A DNA stretch of 64,000 nt from Polyangiales bacterium (lineage in GTDB: Bacteria > Myxococcota_A > Polyangia > Polyangiales > Ga0077539), in the NCBI GenBank assembly GCA_044229975.1, contig JBGARZ010000008.1:256001-320000 (forward strand). Direction: 5' to 3'. The notes under the pieces were generated by a model. That model saw only the letters and a list, made by a program, of their open reading frames with translations, had not been told where the DNA came from and searched no databases. Shown here piece after piece: positions 58,432 through 64,000 of this stretch (positions within the stretch are counted from its first letter, which is position 1; each line of letters opens with the position of its first letter). A program made the translations under genes and the position numbers.

Positions 58432-58472
58432 CCGCCTCGGGCTCGCGGCCCGATCTGGCATCGTCAATCAAC

Positions 58473-58557
58473 GCGGATGTGACCTGAGCGGCAATAGGAC
58501 CGGGCTGTAAACCCGGCGGCCACAAGCCTTCGTGGGTTCGAGTCCCACCATCCCGCA
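58473..58557 (+). tRNA. Atypical tRNA-Tyr (anticodon GTA) with long variable arm and bulged acceptor stem
   Basis: Anticodon arm CCGGG-CTGTAAA-CCCGG; T arm GTGGG-TTCGAGT-CCCAC; variable arm GGC-CACAA-GCC; acceptor GCGGATG/CATCC(C)GC; discriminator A; followed by CCG rather than CCA. Confidence 0.85.
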
Positions 58558-58630
58558 CCGCCCGGCGCTGGCGCCCTTCGTGGGAGTTGGCGGACCGGTT
58601 GTTCAATGGAGAAAGAGAGGGTTTTGCGTC

Positions 58631-59309
58631 ATGGGAGTCATCATCGAGGTTCGCGCGGCGGAGGGCGGGGCGGACGCCCGTTCATTGGTGTCAGAGCAGG
58701 TTGCCGTGTATGTGAAGAGGGCGCAGCGAAAGTGTCTTTGACGTCGAGATCACCGACAGCCGGGAAGGGCGCATCGTCCTCCTGGTGACCGGGGAGTGGG
58801 CGCACGATGCGTTCAAGCACGAGGCGGGCGGGCATCGGTGGCAGCGGGTTCCGCCGGGCGACAAGCGGGGTCGGGTGCAGACGAGCACGGTGACGGTGGC
58901 GGTGCTGTCGGAGCCGACGGCGACGCAGCTCACCATCGCGCCGGGCGACCTCCAGTGGGCCTTCAGCCGAGGCAGCGGCGCGGGCGGACAGAACCGCAAC
59001 AAGACGGATTCCGCCGTCGACCTCACGCACCGGCCGACGGGCGTGGTGGTGCACTGCGAGAGCGAGCGTTCGCAGCAGCAGAACAAGGCCAACGCGCTGG
59101 CGATGCTACGGGCGCGATTGTGGGAGGCGCGCGTCGAGGCCGACCACCAGGCCCGCAGCGCGGCGCGACGCGAGCAGCTCGGAAGCGGCGAGCGCGGCGA
59201 CAAACGATGGACGGTGCGAACGCAGGACGACGTCGTGACGCACCAGGTGTCGGGGCAGAAGTTCAGGCTGCGGGACTACCTCGAAGGGGACTACGAGGTG
59301 GCGAGGTAA
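58631..59309 (+). CDS. Minimal class-1 peptide chain release factor homologue, ~225 aa, needing a +1 frameshift at CTT-TGA-C (58736-58742)
   Basis: Frame 0: MGVIIEVRAAEGGADAR...KCL-stop. +1 frame from 58740 continues without stops: DVEITDS...EAGGHRWQRVPPGDKRGRVQTS...GSGAGGQNRNKTDSAV...ERSQQQNK...GSGERGDKRWT. Confidence 0.9.
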
Positions 59310-59323
59310 GGGGGCGATCGAGC

Positions 59324-59464
59324 CGACCTCCCCCCGCTGCCGCGCGCCCCTCTCCCTGGCAGGAGAGGGGCTGATCTCACCTGACAATTCGAGGTCGAAC
59401 GCGTGCGTCGACAGAGCCCCTCTCCTGCCAGGGAGAGGGGCGCGCGGCAGCGGGGGTGAGGTCG
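59324..59464. repeat. ~50-bp inverted repeat pair containing CCCCTCTCC...GGAGAGGGG palindromes (REP-like; possible terminator)
   Basis: 59324-59372 matches the reverse complement of 59415-59464 with one indel. Confidence 0.88.
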
Positions 59465-59489
59465 ACGCGGCCTCGTCGTATCCTCCTGC

Positions 59490-60593
59490 ATGATGACGCG
59501 ACGCCCGGTGTTGCTCTCCCTCGGATACACCGCCCTCCTCGGCTGCGGCGACGCCCACCTCCCGATCACCACCACGGACGTGCCCACCGTCGCCACGGAC
59601 GCTCCCGTCGGTCCGCCACCGGGCAACCCCGATGGAAGCTGCGAAGTCCCCGTCGAGGCCCGCGCCGCCGACGTCTCCTCTCCGCGCACCGTCGTCGGCA
59701 CTGGAACCCCCGCGAGCTGCACCGGCGACGCCTTCGTCGCGGCCGTGGCGCGCGGCGGCGTCATCACCTTCGACTGCGGCCCCGACCCGGTGACCATCAC
59801 CCTCGCGCGAACCGCCAAGGTCTTCAACGACACCGGCCCCGACATCGTCATCGACGGCGGCGGGCGCGTGACCCTGAGCGGCGGCGGGCGCACCCGCATC
59901 CTCTACATGAACACCTGCGACCCGTCGCAACACTGGACCACCTCGCACTGCGACAACCAGGACCATCCCCGGCTCACGGTGCAGAACCTCACCTTCGTCG
60001 ATGGCGACTCGCGCGCGGAGACCACCTACGACGGCGGCGGCGCCATCTGGGTTCGTGGCGGGAGGTTTCGCGTCGTCAACAGCCGCTTCTTCCGCAACCG
60101 CTGCGCCGACGTGGGGCCCGACGTCGGGGGCGCGGCGGTGCGGGTGTTCAGCCAGTTCGAGGGGCGACCGGTGTACGTGGTGGGCTCCACCTTCGGCGGC
60201 GCCGAGGCCGACGGCAACCAGTGCTCCAACGGCGGCGCCATCAGCAGCATCGGCGTGAGCTGGACCATCCTCAACAGCGTCTTCTCGCACAACCGCGCCG
60301 TCGGCCGCGGCGGCAACCCGGCGACGTCGGGGCCCGGCGGCGGGAGCGGCGGGGCGATCTACAACGACGGCAACCGCATGACCCTCTCGCTCTGCGGAAC
60401 GCGCATCGAAGACAACGAGGTCGTCCAGCACGGCAGCGGGATCTTCTTCGTCACCAACGACCACACGGGCGACGTGCGCCTCGACCGCTCGGCCCTGCGC
60501 CGCAACCGCGGCGGGAGCTGGTACGCCGTCCGGCCGCAGATCTCCTGCCACGACGACACGCCCATCGCGGTGATCGACAGCGTCTTCGAGTAG
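59490..60593 (+). CDS. Right-handed beta-helix (pectin-lyase-like) lipoprotein
   Basis: Lipobox LLGC; GTPASCT, GGVITFDCG, repeated GGAI and F..N motifs; start 59490 or 59493. Confidence 0.85.
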   Translation: MMTRRPVLLSLGYTALLGCGDAHLPITTTDVPTVATDAPVGPPPGNPDGSCEVPVEARAADVSSPRTVVGTGTPASCTGDAFVAAVARGGVITFDCGPDPVTITLARTAKVFNDTGPDIVIDGGGRVTLSGGGRTRILYMNTCDPSQHWTTSHCDNQDHPRLTVQNLTFVDGDSRAETTYDGGGAIWVRGGRFRVVNSRFFRNRCADVGPDVGGAAVRVFSQFEGRPVYVVGSTFGGAEADGNQCSNGGAISSIGVSWTILNSVFSHNRAVGRGGNPATSGPGGGSGGAIYNDGNRMTLSLCGTRIEDNEVVQHGSGIFFVTNDHTGDVRLDRSALRRNRGGSWYAVRPQISCHDDTPIAVIDSVFE

Positions 60594-60596
60594 GCG

Positions 60597-61442
60597 CTAC
60601 GGACGGACGGCGAGGAGCGCGGCGGTCTTCCCGGGCGCGGCCGCCGTCATCATGTCGACGAGCATGCGCGCCTCGGCGGGACCGAGCGCGCCGAGGTCGC
60701 GCAGCATCGCTGTCCGGCTGAGGGACCACAACAGCGACGCGACGACCGCGCGCGGCAGTCGGCTCAGCACCGCGACGAAGGATGGCTTCACGTCGTGACC
60801 GAGCCCGCGCACCACGTCGAAGCCGGTCGCCATCGCCTCGGCGTACGTTCCTGCTTCGCGCCACGAGATGCCCGCGCCGCGCCCGGCGACGAGCACGCCG
60901 ATGGCCATCAACGGGATCACCAGCGCGGCGTGCGAGCGCAGCCACGCGTGCATGTCGGGCTCGACCACGGTGGGGATGCCCGCGTCGGTGAAGGTCTTCG
61001 CCCAGGGGGCGTCGTCCGCGGTGGTGCCAGGGTTGATCCGTGGCTTGATCCTGCCGTCGATGAGCAGCGTGAAGACGCCGGCCGGGAAGCCGAAGGCGAA
61101 GCGCCGCGCCCCCACCGCGTCGCGCAACGGGTCGAGCGGCTCGAAGGTGTTGAACATGAACATCACCCTCCGCGCGGCGCTCTCGCGCAGCGATGGGAGG
61201 ACGGCCGCCACCTGCGGTGCGAGCACGGTCACGAGCACGAGGTCGTAGGCGATGGAGGGGTCGAGCGCGGGGTGGACGGTGACGGCCGCCCGCTCACCCG
61301 AGACGAGGACGATGGCCTCGTCGCGCTGGAGCTGTTCGAGGCGGGCGCCCCGCGCGACCACGGTGACGGCGTGCCCCGCCCGGGCGAGCTGGTAGGCGAA
61401 GGTGCTGCCGATGGCGCCTGTTCCGATGACGGCGATGTTCAT
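60597..61442 (-). CDS. Ketopantoate reductase (ApbA/PanE) family protein
   Basis: MNIAVIGTGAIG, VARG, YDLVLVTV, MFN, WLRSH. Confidence 0.85.
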   Translation of the reverse strand: MNIAVIGTGAIGSTFAYQLARAGHAVTVVARGARLEQLQRDEAIVLVSGERAAVTVHPALDPSIAYDLVLVTVLAPQVAAVLPSLRESAARRVMFMFNTFEPLDPLRDAVGARRFAFGFPAGVFTLLIDGRIKPRINPGTTADDAPWAKTFTDAGIPTVVEPDMHAWLRSHAALVIPLMAIGVLVAGRGAGISWREAGTYAEAMATGFDVVRGLGHDVKPSFVAVLSRLPRAVVASLLWSLSRTAMLRDLGALGPAEARMLVDMMTAAAPGKTAALLAVRP

Positions 61443-61518
61443 GCGGCGGATGGTGGTGCTCCGACGCGGCCGTCGTCGATGCGCAGAATCGCCAAGCCGT
61501 TTTGCGCGGAAGCGAAGG

Positions 61519-62403
61519 CTACGCGAGCGCCCGACGCAGCGCCGCCTCCAGCGCCCGCACCACCGCCCGCACCCGCGGCGTGTTGCGCGCCTCCCGATGA
61601 AACACCACGAAGAGCGCCACGGACGGCAGCGGCTCGTCCACGTCGAGGCGCACCAGACCTTCGATGGCGTCACCCTGCACCTCTCCCAGCGCCCCGATGC
61701 CGATGCCCGCGCTCACGGCCTCCTCGATGGCGGTGTTGGAGTTCGATCGGAAGACGAAGCGGCGCGCGCCGTACGCTCGCATCCACTGCTCCTGCGGGAG
61801 GTGGCTGAGCGAGGGGTCGAGGCCCACGAAGTCGTGTCGCTCCGCCGACTCGCGGCGTAGGCGCCCGCCCGGCAGCCGACCATCGACGTAGCCCCGCGAC
61901 GCGAAGAGGGCGATGCGCGCGCGGCCCACCGGCTTCTCGATGAGCGCGGGCGACGACGAGCGGCCCACGCGGATGCCGACGTCCGCCTCGCGACGGGAGA
62001 TGTCCGCGACGCGCGACTCGGAGACAAGCTCGAACTCCAGCGCCGGGTGCCGGATGCGAAGGTCGGCGAGCACCCGCGTCGCGGCGCGCACCACCCCCTC
62101 GCTGACCGAGACGCGAACCGACCCCGCCAGCACCGCGTCGCCCGCGCTGCGACGCATCGCCGCGAGCCCGTGCTCCATCTGCTCGGCCAGGGACACGAGC
62201 TCGCGGGCGTCGGCGTCCACCGTCGTGCCCGCGCTGCCACGGTGAACGAGCGTTCGGCCGAGGGCGCGCTCCAGCGCCTCGACGCGCCGCGCGACGGTGG
62301 AGGTCGCCACGCCCAGCGCCTTGCCCGCCGCCAGGAAGCTGCGCTCCCGGTGCACCGCGAGCAGCACGCGAAGGTCGTCCCAGGGAGGCGTCTCGGTTTG
62401 CAT
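61519..62403 (-). CDS. LysR family transcriptional regulator
   Basis: [10 protein letters not shown]...[41 protein letters not shown]. Confidence 0.93.
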   Translation of the reverse strand: MQTETPPWDDLRVLLAVHRERSFLAAGKALGVATSTVARRVEALERALGRTLVHRGSAGTTVDADARELVSLAEQMEHGLAAMRRSAGDAVLAGSVRVSVSEGVVRAATRVLADLRIRHPALEFELVSESRVADISRREADVGIRVGRSSSPALIEKPVGRARIALFASRGYVDGRLPGGRLRRESAERHDFVGLDPSLSHLPQEQWMRAYGARRFVFRSNSNTAIEEAVSAGIGIGALGEVQGDAIEGLVRLDVDEPLPSVALFVVFHREARNTPRVRAVVRALEAALRRALA

Positions 62404-62468
62404 CGATGGGAAGCACGCTCGCACGGGTGCGCGTGGCGGGTCACGGCCCTCGGTGCGTCGTCGCCTGG

Positions 62469-62673
62469 TCTGCCACTGGGCGTGCCGCCGAGCATCGGAT
62501 GGTGGCAGTCCCCGGGGCTTACGCCGCCGCGTCAGCGCGGCGCGCGACCACGACCCCTCCGGTCCGGACGGACGAACACAGGAGACGTGATCGCTCGCGC
62601 GCCGCGCTGACGCTGCGGCGTAAGCCCCGGGGACTGCCACCTCCCGATGCTCGGCAGCACGCCCGGTGGCAGA
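62469..62673. repeat. ~79-bp imperfect inverted repeat (62469-62547 / 62595-62673) with CCCCGGGGCTTACGCC core
   Basis: Arms are reverse complements with a few mismatches. Confidence 0.88.
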
Positions 62674-63131
62674 TCCAGAGGCAGACCCAACGCCGAACTC
62701 CATGTGCGAAGAAAAATCACAAGTCACTTGACCGACGCAGCGATGGTCGATTAAGGTCGCCACCGCTCACGCAACCTTCCCATATGCGTCAGGTGCAACC
62801 ACACCGGCACGGAAGGTCAAAAACCAGAAGACACAACACAGTGCGGGTGGAGGGTGGAGTCATCCTGACGGCCTCATAAGCCGTAGAATGCCGTGCGACT
62901 CGGCAACTCCGCGACCGAGGTGGAGCCATGGGTCAGCCGTTGGGTACGGTTGATCAAGCCCACACGTCCGTCTTTCGACATCTCATCCATGTTGGATGAG
63001 ATGTCGTTCGGATTTTGATCCGACAACCCATGACGAGTCCCTTCGCGGGACCTCTCGTCGACTGCGGCCTGTTTCCCGATCACCAATTCATCCATTGCAG
63101 CCGCCGTTCGATTCCGGGCAACATTGCGCGG

Positions 63132-64000
63132 ATGTCGCCGCCCCACGTCCCGTTGCACCTCCGCGCGCAGGCCCACGCCGCGCGCGCCCTGTTGAAGCTC
63201 CCGCCCGCCACGCTGGTACGGCTGTCCGGGGGAAAGCGCATCGAGCGCCACGGGTGCGTCCTCGATGCGCAGTTCCAGTTCATGCTCTCGCTCGCCGAGC
63301 GACTCGGCCGCGGAACGCCCGACCTCACCGGTCCCCTCGCCGATCGCCGCACCGCGATGGACCTCGACAGCCTCGTCTTCGCCCCCGCGCCCGTCCACCT
63401 GGAGAGCGCCCGCGACGAGCGCGTGGCCGACCGCTTCACCGTCCGCATCTACCGCCCGCACGGCCTCGGCAGCACGGCCCCCGCGGTGGTGTATCTCCAC
63501 GGCGGCGGCTTCGTGCTCGGCGGCCTCGCGTCGCACGACCCCATCTGCCGCGCGCTCGCCTACGAGACCCGCTGCGTGGTGATCGCCGTCGACTACCGCC
63601 TCGCCCCCGAGCACCCCTACCCCGCCGCCGCCGACGACGCGACCGCGGCCTTCCGCTGGGTCATCGCCGAGGCCCACCGCCTGGGCATCGACCCGAAGCG
63701 CGTGGCCGTGGCGGGCGACAGCGCGGGCGGCAACCTCTCGGCCGTGGTGGCCAACGACACCCGCGACGACGAGCACCCGCCGTGCTTCCAGGCGCTGGTG
63801 TACCCGGCCGTCGACCAGACGATGACCTTCCCCTCGCTGCGCTTGATGGAGAAGGGCTTCCTGCTGGAGCGCGCGACCATCCTCTGGTTTCGAGCGCAGT
63901 ACTGCCCCGACCCGGCCATGTGGCTCACCCCGCGGGCGTCGCCGTGGTTCGCCGACGTGAAGGGCGTGGCGCCCGCGCTGGTGCAGACGGCCGGCTTCGA
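63132..64000 (+). CDS. HSL-family alpha/beta hydrolase (Aes-like esterase), 3'-partial
   Basis: Read manually from ATG 63132: YLHGGGF, DYRLAPEHPYP, GDSAGG, YP. Confidence 0.92.
   Translation, partial: MSPPHVPLHLRAQAHAARALLKLPPATLVRLSGGKRIERHGCVLDAQFQFMLSLAERLGRGTPDLTGPLADRRTAMDLDSLVFAPAPVHLESARDERVADRFTVRIYRPHGLGSTAPAVVYLHGGGFVLGGLASHDPICRALAYETRCVVIAVDYRLAPEHPYPAAADDATAAFRWVIAEAHRLGIDPKRVAVAGDSAGGNLSAVVANDTRDDEHPPCFQALVYPAVDQTMTFPSLRLMEKGFLLERATILWFRAQYCPDPAMWLTPRASPWFADVKGVAPALVQTAGF

Noticed and set aside
58455..58472. Sigma54 promoter before the tRNA (CTGGCA...)
   Set aside because: The -12 TTGC element is absent at the required spacing.
58473..58560. tRNA as a prophage/island attachment site
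   Set aside because: No integrase and no duplicated tRNA 3' end seen in the window.
58631..59309. Calling the release factor prfB, prfA, prfH or arfB
   Set aside because: No domain 1 and neither SPF nor PxT (not prfB/prfA); no SxY motif or neighbouring rtcB (not typical prfH); it retains the PCRF domain (not arfB). No gene symbol assigned.
62874..63093. Small minus-strand ORF MDELVIGKQ...
   Set aside because: Atypical codon usage, no motif, and it overlaps a hairpin-rich region better explained as non-coding.

Overview
This window is very GC-rich bacterial DNA. A MYXO-CTERM-like tail, many Cys-rich lipoproteins, a TPR-Ser/Thr kinase and Uma2 genes point to Myxococcota (Polyangia-like); this is inferred. 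About 55 CDS are supported. They include cell-envelope genes (M23 peptidase, L,D-transpeptidase, YcbK/DUF882, murI), DNA-repair genes (ATL, MutS2, XPB-like helicase + DUF790, YcaQ/AlkZ), two ECF sigma/anti-sigma operons, an ADP-ribosylglycohydrolase, a macrodomain protein and a KirBac channel. At least seven unrelated REP/REPIN-like inverted repeats lie between genes. Top finding (58.35-59.31 kb) is a compact translation module: a short leader ORF ending TGA-C, an atypical tRNA-Tyr(GTA), and a minimal class-1 release factor. The factor lacks domain 1, keeps GGQ, and has a non-canonical PPG tripeptide at the stop-codon-reading position. Its gene is split by a prfB-type CTT-TGA-C +1 frameshift site at a position not homologous to the prfB site. 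Second is a Septu/PtuAB-like ATPase-HNH pair whose ATPase has an AT-richer, degenerate nucleoside-phosphorylase-like N-terminus, divergent from a macrodomain gene. Also notable: a bacterial multi-pacifastin protease-inhibitor-like lipoprotein with a recoverable ECF promoter motif, a catalytically altered isochorismatase-fold protein, and a widespread TANNNT-N8-ATG leaderless-type start pattern. All family calls come from motif recognition by eye; no database searches were run.
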